64,000 nt of DNA from Callorhinchus milii (Eukaryota): positions 11,162,001-11,226,000 of the forward strand of contig NW_024704742.1 of the NCBI RefSeq assembly GCF_018977255.1. Direction: 5' to 3'. Shown piece after piece: positions 26,828 to 39,600 of the stretch; within the stretch, counting starts at the first letter, position 1, and every line of letters begins with the position of its first letter. The notes below the pieces were generated by a model. That model saw only the letters and a program-made list of their open reading frames with translations. It ran no database searches and was not told the origin of the DNA. Position numbers and translations under genes: made by a program.

Positions 26828-27012
26828 CACCAAATTGACAAGATCAAGACTTGGGGACCCCAGAGTGTGTGTTGGGGTATTGTTGGAGTCTAACCAGCTA
26901 AAACTGCATAGCTTGCCATTGAATGCACAGTCTGGCAAGCGTTCTCCTTCCCCTCATCTGTCTTTCCCTGCAGGCTGCTTAGTGTTATCTTCCAGGTTGG
27001 GCAACCTGGTGG
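26828..27012 (+). repeat. Short interspersed repeat, possibly a MITE; other copies at 7245-7365(-) and 20308-20395(+)
   Basis: Shared 'cttggggaccccag...tggagtctaac.agctaaaa' core; imperfect terminal inverted match ccaccaaattg / caacctggtgg. Confidence 0.55.
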
Positions 27013-27019
27013 ACAACAC

Positions 27020-30000
27020 AATGAGTGCCCCTGACCACTCTCCCCCCTCTGCGCCACCTAACCCCCGCAGTCTCCATGCAAGTGGGCGGATCATGACCCA
27101 TTAACCGCCTGCCTCAAGTCTTGGCATGCATATCTTGGCTGCTGCCCCTGACCCGAGCTGTCCTTTCTCAAAAATGCTCCTTACCCTGCAACTCTCACAC
27201 TCTGTCCTCCTTTTTCTCCATCCTCCTCGCCTCTTATCCCCACTTGATCCCCAATTCCTGATTGGCTTGCATCAGAGCCTCCGCACCTCAGACGCTGAGA
27301 GCATCACCATCCAAGGCTGCACTCTCCACCTCTCAAAGCCAGTCAGGAACCTCGGCGTTCTGTTCGACCCTGAGCTGTCCTTTCTTCCCCACGTCCACGC
27401 CACAACTGGCACCGCCTTCCACCATCTCCGGAACATCGCCAGACTACGGCATTACCTCACCCCTCACGCTGCTGAAATACTGGTCCATGCCTTTATCACC
27501 TCAAGGCTGGACTATGGGAACTCTCTCTTCGCCGGCCTTCCCGGCACCTCCCTCCACAAGCTGCAGGTCATTCAGAACTCTGCAGCTCGTGTACTGTCCC
27601 GCACTAGGCTTCGCGACCACATCACTCCCACCCTCGCTCACCTCCACTGGCTCCCCATCCCCCAGAGGATCGAATTCAAGATCCTCATCCTCACCTACAA
27701 GGCCATTCACGGCCTCGCTCTCTCCTGCCTCTCCGACCTACGATCCCTCTACTTACCTGCCCGTACCCTCCGTTCCTCTGGCTCCGGTCTGCTCCACATT
27801 CCCCGCCCTAACTGCCCTACCATCGGTGGCCGGACCTTCAGCCTCTCAGCCCCTAGGCTCTGCAACTCCATCCCCCAGTGCCTTCGCCTTGCTTCCTCCC
27901 TTTCCTCCATCCTGGAGGTGAAGAACAACCCCAGGCTTTTGTTCTCTACCACATCCCATCTCCTCTGTCCCCCCCGCCACCCCACCCAGGTCATCTCCTC
28001 CAACCTTCACTGCAAGGAGATGCTGGATTTCCTTCAATCCAAAATCAAGGGAATCCGCTCCGCGGTCACTGCCCCTCCAACTTCCCCCCACACCTTCCCT
28101 CCCACACTCCGACTCCTACCCATCCTCCCCTACAATCTAACCCGTTTCCCACCCTCTGTCACCAACCTCATCCTGTCCCTGAAACCCACCACCTGCTCCC
28201 TGGACCCCATCCCCACTCCACTCCTTATCTCCCAGCTCCACATCCTTGCCCCACTTCTCACAGACACCATTAACCTGTCCCTCTCCTCTGGCTCTGTTTC
28301 CATTCCCCTCAAAACTGCCACCATCACTCCCACACTGAAAAAACCCTCCCTTGATGCGTCGCAGCTATCAAGCTACCGGCCCATCTCCAACCTTCCCTTA
28401 CTGTCCAAGGTTCTTGAAAGAGTCGTCGCCTCCCAGCTGCGCTCTTTCCTCTCCACACATTCACTATTTGAACCCCTCCAGTTGGGTTTCCGTGCTGCCC
28501 ATAGCACAGAAACCGCCCTGGTCAAGGTCACTAATGGCATCTTGACCATCTGCGACCAGGGCTCCCTCTGCCTCCTCGTCCTCCTTGACCTATCGGCCGC
28601 ATTTGATACGGTCGACCACTGTATCCTCCTCCACCACTTGTCCTTCCACCTCAACCTTCAAGGCCCTGTCTTTGAGTGGTTTAGGACCTACCTCTCCCAC
28701 CGTCTTCATTTTGCCTCTGCAAACGGCTTTTCCTCCAGCCACTGCACTGTCGCGTGTGGCGTCCCTCAGGGTTCTGTCCTCGGTCCCCTCCTCTTCACCC
28801 TCTATATGCTCCCCCTGTGGTGACATCATCCGCAGACATGGGGTTAACTTCCACATGTATGCGGATGACACCCAACTCTACCTTTCCTCCTCTACCCTCA
28901 ACTCCACGACCACCGATGTCCTGACAGCTTGCTTGTCCGACATCGAGTCCTGGACGAGAGACAACTTTCTTCAGCTCAACGTGCAAAAAACTGAGGCCCT
29001 CCTGATTGGCTCACGTCAGCGCCTCCGCACCTAAGGCGCTGACAGCATCAGCATCCAAGGCTGCACTCTCCACCTCTCAAAGCCAGTCAGGAACCTTGGC
29101 GTACTGTTCGCCCCTGAGCTGTCCTTTCTTCCCCACATCCGCGCCACAACTGGCACCGCCTTCCACCATCTCCGGAACATCGCCAGACTACGGCACTACC
29201 TCACCCCTCACGCTGCTGAAACTCTGGTCCACGCCTTTATCACCTCAAGGCTGGAACAGAGGAACTTTCTCCTCGTCGGCCTTCCCGGCACCTCCCTCCA
29301 CAAGCTGCAGGTCATTCAGAACTCTGCAGCTCGTGTACTGTCCCGCATCAGGCTTCGGGACCAAATCACTCCCACCTTCGCTCGCCTCCACTGGCTCCCC
29401 ATCCCCCAGAGGATCGAATTCAAGATCCTCATCTTCACATTCAAGGCCATTCACGGCCTCGCTCCCTCCTACCTCTCTGACCTACTATCCCCCTATCTAC
29501 CTGCCTGTACCCTCCGTTCCTCCGGCTCCAGTCTGCTCCACACACCCCGCCCTAACCTCCTTACCATCGGTGGCCGGGCTTTCAGCCTCTCAGCGCCTAG
29601 GCTCTGGAACTCCATCCCCCGGTGCCTTCGTCTTGCTTCCTCCCTTTCCTCCTTCAAGGCCGGTCTCAAGACCTTTCTCTTCAACCGTGCCTTCACCTCC
29701 CCTCTCGACTCTCTACCCCCTCCTTGCTCCCTCCCTTCACCCTGACCATTTCCCCCTGCTTGGGTCCCAACCCAACTGTCCAGAGCCTTGGAACGTCCTC
29801 CTGACGTGAAAGGAGCTCTATAAATGCAATCTTGTTGTTGTTGTTGATCACACCACAGTGTCCCTCCGCTGAAGCCTGGGAATCCTCTCTCAGGCTTACC
29901 GTGGCACTTGGCATTGGCTGTCCAGTAGCAGGCACACTGACTGCCCCATTCACCACCGCAAGCCCTGCCGTACCGTTAACTTCTTCTCCCTCATCCACAA

Positions 30001-30372
30001 TCCCATCCTCCCTGCCAATCACTCTTTCACCCCTTCCCATCTCACACATTCCCCTGTCAACTGTCCCATCCGCACCAGCCTTCAAAATGTCCAATACCTC
30101 TGCAACAAGGCTCTGTCCATCAATGACTCATTGACTGAGGCCATACCACCCAGCTATACCTTCCACCATACCCCATGTCTCAACTGCGGTGGTGGTGATG
30201 TGGCCCTCATCTCCAGGGCCTCCGGTTCATTCCCCTCATTTGAGCACCTTACACTTCATCATCCCTCCAACCTTACCCTCAAAATTCTCCTCATTTACTG
30301 CCCCCCCAAAATCTCCCCCACATTCATCTCTGACATCTCTATCCTCCTAGTTTCCCTCTGCCTCTGTTCCAA
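27020..30372 (+). mobile_element. Older degenerate L2 5' region and endonuclease, split by the young L2 insertion (host parts ~27020-27249 and 29849-30372)
   Basis: Both flanks align with 51120-51920 of the full-length L2, e.g. 'cctgggaatcct...accgtggcact' and the peptide '[11 protein letters not shown]...LKILLIY.PPK'. Confidence 0.8.
27250..29845 (+). mobile_element. 5'-truncated, rearranged young L2: an extra 3' segment (27258-27908) fused to an RT-to-tail segment (27909-29845)
   Basis: High similarity by eye to 52557-54559; RT motifs [13 protein letters not shown] and YADD; (TTG)n tail; flanked by TTGATC at 27244-27249 and 29843-29848. Confidence 0.9.
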
Positions 30373-30374
30373 AC

Positions 30375-30723
30375 TCCGCCTACCCATTAGGGTTTTGGGT
30401 TCCAGGGTTAACAGGAGCTGAGTGGGATAATTCCTGCCCCCAATGACTGGTCTGCCCTTCCAAGTCCTGCTAATGAGCCAGGCTGCCTGTGCTATCATCA
30501 GTAGTGCCCTGGAAAACTGTGAACCAGCTTGGACAAGAGATCACCACAGAGGGCTGGCTCAATTCTGATATTCTGTTGCCAAGCATGTCACCTTGGAGCC
30601 AGTTCAGCTCCAGAGACTCTCCTTACCTCCCACCCAAGGGGAATAGTCATGTGTTCAGTGGTGATTGGACCTACGACCTTCTGAATCAGAGGTAAAGATA
30701 CAACCACTGAGCCAGTCTGACAC
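30375..30723 (-). repeat. Unclassified structured repeat, copy 2, preceded by a tRNA-like head (30655-30723)
   Basis: Reverse complement aligns with 6995-7228; head 'tggctcagtggtt...cctctgattcagaaggtcgtaggtccaatc'. Confidence 0.8.
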
Positions 30724-31971
30724 AAATTGGTTGAGAATATGGTCATGTATGCAGTATATATGGTCATATACATTATCAGAACAATAGTTTTAAAACGTGG
30801 ATTGTGCCCTTTTTCTTATTAAGCACAAGCTGAACACAAATGTCATCAACGGCACTCACAGCAGTTGCACATAGTTCCATTTTATTCCCTATTGTGCATT
30901 TTATGTTTCAATGGTGCTGGTACTAACGCAGCTTACTGTCTATCTCAAATAACAGTTGAAGTCACACATTGTTATTTTTATTCTCAGTGGTGAAGTATGG
31001 ATGATGATGTTTTCTGGATTGTCACACTTCATTGGATTTTATTCTCCAATGTGGACTGTAGCAGCGCAAAAGATGATCGTAACACAGCTTACTCTGCGGC
31101 TAAAATAATAATCGTAGTCACACATCATTTCTGTTCAGTCCAAGCCATTGACTTCAGTTTCTGCCAGTGATGAGCAATAATTCAGTCTGACTCACAGCAG
31201 CAAGCAAAATAAACAGGCAGGAATCGGCTGCCTGAGTACAAAGACGAATGTGCGGTGCTATTCCTGCAAAAAATAATCTTTTTCACCTACAAATCTTATT
31301 AGTTACACAAAAAAGGACAATTTGTTGCATGTTACACGTTGAGTGTGACCAGAATCCATGCTTTGTTCCTGAAGCAGTTGTTCTGCTTTTACACCACAAA
31401 TCGTTGTGCAACCACAACAATTTATATAGTTCCCTTCACAACAGGGCAGCATCTCGGAGTGCTTAGATGATTGAAAATAATTCTGTGATGATTGAAAACA
31501 ATTCTGAGTTAAAATCTAAAAATGCTTTTGAATGCGTGTTTTCATAAAATCATAGAAATTATAATACAGAATGAAGTCATTTGGCTTGGTGGAAAATGTT
31601 GGTCAAGTTTCCTTACTCCACACACACAAACCTGTTTACCTATCAGTCAGTAGGAACCTGTTTGTTAGTCAGTTAGGCAGATTGGTTTTCTTGTGGTACT
31701 AGTCCTTTCAAAAAAAATAATAATTTGGTTGCTGTTTATGGACACTGCTATACACAATTGACTGCTGAATTTCATCCACAAAATATACACAGTCGTTTCA
31801 CTTTATAGTATATTCTGTAAAGCGCTTTGAGACGCCTCAAAGACATGATAAGTTGTTGTATCAAATGCAAGTATTATTATAAGCTCCCCAATTGCTAACA
31901 ACTCATATTCTAATATTATTCCTTCGCCATCTCTTTTATATTTCCCTTCAAATTCTATACTCTGCCATGAG

Positions 31972-32378
31972 GGGTCAGCCCGGTTCAGTTAGTAGCATGC
32001 TTGCTTCTGAGTTTGAAGGTTGGGGATCCAAGCCCCACATCAGGATTTCACTCTAATGTAGTGCTGCATGGTCAGAGGTGCTGTCCTTTGTATAAGACTT
32101 TGTATAAGACTTTGTATAAGACTCTGCTTGTTCAGATGGATAGTAAAAGTCCAAAAGCTCTATTCCAAATAGAAGGAAGTTTCTCCCGATGTCCTGGCCA
32201 AAAATCCCCCAGATAAAATTCTCATTCACCTCATGGCTGTTTGTAGAACATTGCTGTTGATAAGTGTCTGCCACATTCGCCGACAAACCCAGTCACTACA
32301 CTTTACCAGAAATCCTGTGAAGGGCTTTGAGAAGATTCAATGACTTGATGAGGTGCTAATATCAAATGCAAGGTACTT
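31972..32378 (+). mobile_element. tRNA-headed DeuSINE (SacSINE1/AmnSINE-like Deu domain)
   Basis: Head 'gggtcagcccggttcagtt...ctgagt..gaaggtt', Deu-like block 'ggtgctgtccttt...ctgcttgttcagatgga...tgtcctggcca' and shared L2-type tail; contains a 12-bp triplication at 32086-32121. The family name comes from recalled consensus. Confidence 0.75.
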
Positions 32379-32735
32379 ATTCAATTCCACTCTGGAAGCA
32401 TGTAGCTTTGAGTTGGTTTTCTTGCCAGTCCTTTGCGAGAGCATTCAGTTGAGGAGTTTCTTCTCCAGGGTAAATAATGTACACACATACTGGGGCCCAG
32501 CACAGTTCTACCTGTCATTTGGAAGTTTTAGTCCCTAAACAGAGCTCAGCTACAGTTAGCCTCCACAATCACGAAATGAGTCTCTGAACCTTTGTAAGAA
32601 ATGAGCTTTTGGACAATATAGAAGTGCTGATCACTCAATAGGAAGTACTTGATTGACACTGAAATATTGTTTATTGTGCAGGAGGCACTGGCTGCTGTAC
32701 CAATATGTAGTCTATGCATGCACTCATCTACTTAC

Positions 32736-32794
32736 CAGAAGGTTTAGAAGTAGACCATCAAAGAAGTTGATGGAATATCGACCAGTTGTAGAAT
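32736..32794 (-). CDS. Candidate 59-bp internal exon of an unidentified gene ((D)STTGRYSINFFDGLLLNLL)
   Basis: Acceptor gtgtcttttcctcctgccag and donor CTG|gtaagt; only one frame is open; non-repeat context; no homology recognised. Confidence 0.35.
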
Positions 32795-33574
32795 CTGGCA
32801 GGAGGAAAAGACACATTTCTATGACATTAAAAATTTGAAATAAATTCTTGGCTTCAAACCACGGAGTAAAGAGGATTATAGTAATAATCCTTGCAATTGA
32901 TGATCCCTGACAATATTGACCATGTCTCAAAACGCTACACGGGTAAATATCATTGAAGTTAGTTTTATGCACACAACGAAAATTTGGATACTCCTGGGTT
33001 TTCTTATGTTAAGATGTGGGAGAGAATTGCCAAGAAAGTGGGGTGGGGGGGTGGGATTGACTTATGATACCCAACTAACATATGGTGATATTCGGATTTT
33101 AATTTGGACCTTCCAAAACTCAAGAAAACAAGCCAGATGCTGACAAAGCAATTGCTTTATTGATTATTAATAATTATTATTAATAATTGCTTTATTGATT
33201 ATTAATAATTAATAATTATTGGTTATTAATAATTATTGATAATTGCAATTATTAATATAATAGAGAGCTGTCTAGACTGACACTCTAGTGCACTGTTGAG
33301 GGAGCATTGCATTGTTGGGAATTGCTGTCCTTCGGATGAAATATTAAATCAAAGTCCTTTCTGCCTCATCGGTTGAATGTTAAAAATCCCAAGATACTAC
33401 AGTATTCGTGGGGGGAAAAGGGTTTTAGAAGTCCTAGCCAACAAACCTCCAGATAAAATTGGTCATTCACTTCATGGCGGTGTGTGAGACAATGCTGTCT
33501 GTGCTCAAATTGGTTGCCACATTTGTGTACAAAAACAGTCACTACACTTAACAGTAAATCTTGTGAACAAAACT

Positions 33575-33700
33575 CAAATTACTGCTGGAAATCTGAAACA
33601 AAGACAGAAGTCGCTGGGAACACTCAGCAGGTCAGGCAGCATCTATCGAGAAAGGAAAGTGAGTCAACGTTTCAGGTCCAAGACCCTTCGTCAGAACTGA
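33575..33700 (-). mobile_element. Penelope-like element terminal-repeat fragment
   Basis: Minus strand reads 'gttctgacgaagggtcttggacctgaaacgttgactc...gatgctgcctgacctgctgagtgttcccagc', the layout typical of Penelope repeats that carry a hammerhead. Confidence 0.7.
33661..33700 (-). ncRNA. Minimal type I hammerhead ribozyme motif
   Basis: AGUU-CUGACGA-AGGGUC uug GACCU-GAAA-CGUU-GACU: intact CUGANGA and GAAA core, stem II, short stem I and palindromic AACGUU stem III. Confidence 0.7.
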
Positions 33701-34014
33701 CCGTGGCACTGCAGATCATGCGTCACAGAGCACATCGTCAAGTGGCAGTGGGAACAAAATAAAAAACATGAACGAAAAGCACCTTTCACATTGGGAGGAC
33801 GTCCCAGTGATTATGAATCATTCATTATTATAAAGAAGCCCAAGCAAAAATCAAACCTTTCAGGATTAAGTAAGTGTGTCTGTCTGTGTGTCAATCTACA
33901 TTCCATATTGGATCCTTTGGTTGTAAGCAAAGCTTCAACAGGTACAGCCAGTAGGTAATAATTGGGTCATGGGATTGTTGCTTTTTCTGTGACAGTGAAT
34001 TACATTAGGATGCA

Positions 34015-34612
34015 TGTTACTAGAACAAAGGGCAATTTCAGGTCAGATACCAGGAAGATTTCTTTACTCAGAGGGTAATCAATGACTGGAACAGGTTGCT
34101 AGAAAAGGTGGTAGGGGCCAGGGTACTGGACTCCTTTAAAAAGCAGTTTGATGCAGTTATGAGGGGACAGTAGGGTGGATGTTCTGGAAGAATGAGATCA
34201 AATGGACCAAAGGGTCTTCTTCATCCAGACCAATCTTGTGATCTTGTGAATGAGCCTGAAACATCTGTGAAACAGCACATTAGTCACTTCCTCAATTCAG
34301 ATGGATATAACTGGTAATGTCTGTGGATTGAAATGAATCAGCGATTGAAGGGGTGTAAATTCAAAATGAATCTACGCAAACACTATTTCAGTGAGCGAAT
34401 GATGAGCTGTGGAACAGGCTCCCTAAGGAGATGGTTAATGCAGAAAGTGTTGATGTTTTCAAACACAGATTGGATAATTTTCTTTTAGGAAATAACATTA
34501 TGGGATATAGTACATAGGTAGTTTGGGACACATGTCCATGCGACCGCCAGGAAGATGGAAGGCGAACTAGATCGCCTTTGGTCTTTTTTCATCTAGCATT
34601 TCTTATGTTCTT
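34015..34612 (+). mobile_element. Two adjacent CR1 3' end fragments (34015-34250 and 34340-34612)
   Basis: 'ttctttactcagagggtaatcaatgactggaacaggtt' (FFTQRVINDWNRL); tails (TCTTGTGA)2 and (TTCTTATG)2. Confidence 0.75.
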
Positions 34613-36334
34613 ATGAGTCTGCCAACAAGCAACGTTCACAGCTGTACACTGAGCATTTTGTACCATGGAAGATTCCATTTATCATGCTTCTATTTAACAT
34701 ACTCACAAGAGCTTCAACAACGCTATGCAGTAACCTGCTGCTCCATTAGACCTACATATGAAATTCATGTCATGATACTTTATTCTTCAATGCAGTTGTG
34801 TCCTGAGAGATTGAGGCGATGCACCATAACCTCTTGCTTTGCCTAAAAAATGATGGCCTGCTTCACACCCATCGCCATACCCACCCTACCAACAGCGGTC
34901 GAGCTTTCAGTGTCCGTCTCAATACCTCTTTGGCCTGTGCTTTTGACCATCTTCTCCAGATCCAAGTAATGGGTGTTAGTAAACCTAGCTTACCCCCCTC
35001 TTACTCCCCTCACCAATCATCACTGCAGCCCCAACCTCCAGTTCGGTTGCAAACCCTGGATTATCCAGGGTCTCAACATGAAAGGCACTGTATAAATGTT
35101 ATTGTATTATTTGGCAGTCACATTGGAACAACGTTACTCTTCTGTTGCTATGCTTGGTGAGACGTTTATTTTGTGAAGGCCAGCACTGAGCTTGACTTAT
35201 CACTAACATGTATGCAGGGTCCTTAAGCAATTGGAAACTCCAATGTGGTTCGATGTATAATTGATTTAGTTTAAAGCACTTTGTTGCTGTTTTTCTGAAA
35301 GCTTCTAAAATTAATTTCTATATTGTAAGCCTGAGTCATAAATAGACATCATCAACTGTTGATGATGGTTTGACGTGTGTAGTACTAATGCTGCTGATGT
35401 CCTGAGACCAACGAAAATCTTACTGGAATATCTGGAACTTGGATCTCCCTTCTCCCTCTCCCCCAAGTCAGGTTGTAAAACCCCAGTTAGCTGCTTTATT
35501 CTTAAACATTAAATTGAATAGTAGCAAAGTAACTTGTCATATTAAAAAAAATTAATATTTCATTTTTATCACAGTGACATGATTTTTACACACTATATAA
35601 TTTTCCCTTCATCTTAAAAATTGCACAAAGTGAAGATATTAAATTAAAAAAAAATTCTGGTGATGCCTTCAATTAGATTTCATAAAATATAATGGACATA
35701 GTAAATCTGTCATATTGAAGCATGGTTTAAATTGCAGGAAAGACACTTAAACATGAAATGAAATAGCAATTACACTTTTTTTTAAATCAACCAAACATAT
35801 TTAACGAAGACAAGTTGGATGTAAGTCACACGGTTGTATTTCTGTTTCTTTATTACTGTTTCATTGACTATTAACTGAACAATCTATTTCTCATCATTGA
35901 TATTTTATTTGCTTTTAAAGAGAAACAATCCTATTTAGTATCTCTTTCGCTGGACTCCTTTTCTTATGGAATCTGGCAACATTACACATGAGGGGTTATC
36001 CAAATTATTACAGTGATTGTTTCCATTGTACCATTATCACTTTGTTTTTCAAAGCACTGCCTCCATTGGGTAATGCAATGTACCCTTGGCAATTCTTTAA
36101 ATTTTCAGAATAGCCTTTCATCTAATTCTGAATAGTACAACAATCACAGAAAGTGAATTCAACCATTACAAAATTCAGTAAGTATGTGAAATTAACCAAA
36201 CTTTGGAACAATTGGACGTAAAAACTCTATCAGACAATATTGAATTGAGATTATGGGATTTTGTTTTGAGAAAAGGTTACAGGAGGTTTCTGCAATAGCT
36301 GAGTAGGTAAATGCACAGCATGATTTGAGCGGAG

Positions 36335-36669
36335 TGGAGTCAGCTCAGCGGTGAGAGCAAGCAATTCCCTGCAGGGCGAATCGTTGGGCAAGTTTCCTTA
36401 CTCAATGCCTCTGTTCATTTAGCACTAAGTAGGAGCATGGCTGTTAGTCAATTAGCAGAACACTTTTCTGGGGGTAAAAATTCATTAAAAAATAATAATT
36501 TGGACACTCAACCCACAACTGTTTGTGGGACAATGCTGTGCGCAATAGGCTGCCATGTTCCGCCCACAAAATATACCTTCAATTCAATTTAGAGTATATT
36601 CTGTGAAGCACTTTGAGACATCTTGAAGATGTGATGAGGCACTATATCAAATGCAAGATTATTATTATT
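36335..36669 (+). mobile_element. tRNA-Ala-like SINE, long-body subfamily
   Basis: Degenerate head, central block and (ATT)n tail. Other partial copies lie at ~1030-1240, 4265-4420, 17380-17547, 19680-19920, 23695-23830, 31590-31880, 39080-39240, 55008-55150 and 62020-62165. Confidence 0.8.
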
Positions 36670-39600
36670 GCTAGCTATGTACAATATAATTAACACTTAT
36701 GTAGTGTCTTTCATGAAAAGTGGACGTCTCAAGCTGCTTTATACAGCTACCTGGGCACCCAAGTTGGGAGGTGTGGGGGGAGGGGTGCAAGAGGGAGCTA
36801 AAGTGAGAAGGGAAAGATGACCAAAGTCTTGAGGCAGGCTTTTGAAGTAAGGAGGGAAGGGAGTGAGTTGAAGAGAATCTTTGATGGAGTTCTTGAGCAG
36901 GGATGGCCAATTTTTTCTTTGCTTTTTATCATCGCTCTTTATCATTACTTATCATTTACTCTTTAGCACCGCCCTCATACTTGTCCCTCGCACCCTCCAC
37001 TCCACCATTGGAGGTTGTGCTTTCAGCCACTACCAAGTGAGCCAGGTTAACATCTCAGTGTCCTGAACTGATACGTATCCCCTGTAAGCCAATTCTCTTC
37101 TTCAGCCACAATCAACTTAAATAGAGGCAATATGGGAGAGGACTGGAGTATAAAACTGGAACAAATTGGGTCTCAAAAGTGTTGTTTGTTACACTGTTAA
37201 ACTTTGCATTCTGTTCTTATAATATGAAATCCAATGGGGGAAGATTCATGAATGATATCAGCCAGCTCACATTAAAACCCAATAAGGGGGAGGCAATGCT
37301 ACAACAACAACTTACATTCATACAGCCCCTTCACGTGGGGTAGTGTCCTGGAGTGCTTGATAGTGGTGGAGTCTGACCCCGAGCCAGGGGGAGAGAGAGG
37401 GCAGAGGTGATTGTAAGCACAATCAAAAATGAAGGTCTTTAAGTGGGATTTGAAAGTGGGGTGGGAGGGGCAAAGCAGAGGGATTGGGGGAGGGAGTTTT
37501 AGAGCGTAGCGGCTGAAAGCACGGCCACCAATGGTGGAGCGGAGGGTGCGCGGACCTGAAAAACATATGGGAATAGGCATTCCTCTAATTTTATGAATTA
37601 CAAATCATGCCTTACTCATGCTAAATGGAGCACAATTTTCCATCCATGATTAATTTGGATTCATGTGGCAAAGAAAGCCTAGGGGCAATTCGATTGTCAT
37701 TTATTTCAGTGAAGCAATCTCCTGTGCCAAGACAAAAAATCTAATGCACCAGTTTGTATGATACAGTTTCACACAGGGCACCATCATAGCAATCTTGTAC
37801 TGACATAAGAGATTACAAATAGATATCTGCAATATATACAGGATAAAATAAGTGACCTGCCATGGGGTAGCTTCTATTTCTCCTATTCTAACATAAGCCA
37901 TATATTCCCATTGCTTAACAGAACTGGTGGCTCTGTGCTCGGACAAAACAATATGCAACAGAGGGAACAAAGGCCACAATGTTGATTTCAAATCAATGCA
38001 TTAACATTGTTGAAGATGTGCTAATTGTGCCCGGTGTGAACTCTGGATTCCCCAAATGAAACCTGAGTGCTTAGAAACTTAGGAATAGAAGAAGACTGTT
38101 CAGCATGCCCTGCACTTCTTTTTATCAAAGTGCTTATGAAAGTCCCCGTGTTCAATGTCTGGTCACAGTACCAATGATGGAAGATGGCGCATCCAACTGG
38201 GTGTGTCAGATGGCTGTACTCTCACGCCTGAGTCAGAAGGTTGTGGGTTCAAGCCCCATGTTGGAACTTGGATCTTATATTGTCTATATTAACTTTCTTA
38301 TGCAGTGCTGGAACAGGCTACATTGTTGGAGGTGTTGTCTTTCAGAAGAGATATTAAACTAAGTTAAGATCTGCCTGTTCAGTTAGAGCATTAAAGATCC
38401 CATGGCATCTACTTGAAAGGAGAGGGGAGTTTCTCACTGTGTCATAGCCAACCACATCCCAAATAAAAATTGGTCTTTTTCTCCATGGCTATTTGTAGGA
38501 CATGGCTGTGTGCAAATTAGGTGCTGTGTTCCCCCACAAAATATAGTAATTTCACTTTACGGCATGTCCTCCAAAGAGTTTCGAGATATCCTCCCGACGT
38601 GAAAGGCACTATATCAAATATAAGAATTATTATTATTCTGAGGCAATGCTGATAGTGCCATTCAGTTATGGGGAAATATCATGGCTAACTGCCTCTTACA
38701 ATTTTGGTAGATAGTTCATCGAGTGAGCATTGAAGGTTAGCAGCTTGATCCTTGTTTGGTTCTTGTTTTAGAGACAAGCTGCTGATCTGGGTCCAAATTG
38801 TGTACATACGTACTTAGACAATTGGTGATCACCAGCGACTTGTAGCTCTCAGTGAAGGGCCATGAAAGTTTGTTGTGCAATTACCATGTAGTTAACATTT
38901 CATCCTCACTAGATGGCAGAGGAGGTGCCAGGTCCTCTCTGCTTGCTGAGTGCTCCTTCTGGTGATTGACTTGGTTGTGCTGAAAGAGATGCTAGTGTGT
39001 CTGCCTGTGCACTGACACTTGTGGTGCACCAGTGGTACTGAAAGAGATAATTATCTGAAAGAGAGATAATGTGGATCAATTTCTGGGGGTAATAAAGCCA
39101 ATTGCTCCCACTTTCTAGAGGCAATTGGCTGCCACCTTTCGCCCACAAAATATTCAGTCAATTCACTTTAGAGTATATTCTGTGAAGCACATTGAGATGT
39201 GCCAACAATGTGAAAAGGTGCTATATCAAATGCATGTATTAGGGCATCCACAAAGCCCTCATACCCCGATTATAAGACTACAGAGGAGGTGAAACAAGCT
39301 GTCAGAGATGCATTTCATCTCCTCACTCCATCTGTGTTAAGGAAGTTGTGGCACCGAACATGGAGGTGGATCATTATCTGCCATGAAAATGATGGCGCTC
39401 ACTCACTCATACCGATCCTCTGGATATCTGAATACAATTAAACACTTCTAAATACAATTATCATAATTCTTTCGCATGTTTCAGTTGTTGGTCAGTGCAC
39501 TGTGGCACTGAATAAAACATAGGGGTAACAGGACTTTGTGGACACCCTGTTGTACTGGAAGAGCACAAGGAGCGTTGTCAGAGATGCCACCCTTTGATAA

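Noticed and set aside
29006..29809. Long Ser/Pro-rich ORFs (also 27262-27921, 53664-54341, 49132-49695, 59023-59661) as novel genes
   Set aside because: These are alternative frames of C-rich L2 sequence, which is naturally poor in stop codons.
32086..32123. 12-bp direct repeats as a CRISPR-like array
   Set aside because: A simple tandem triplication inside a SINE, with no spacers.
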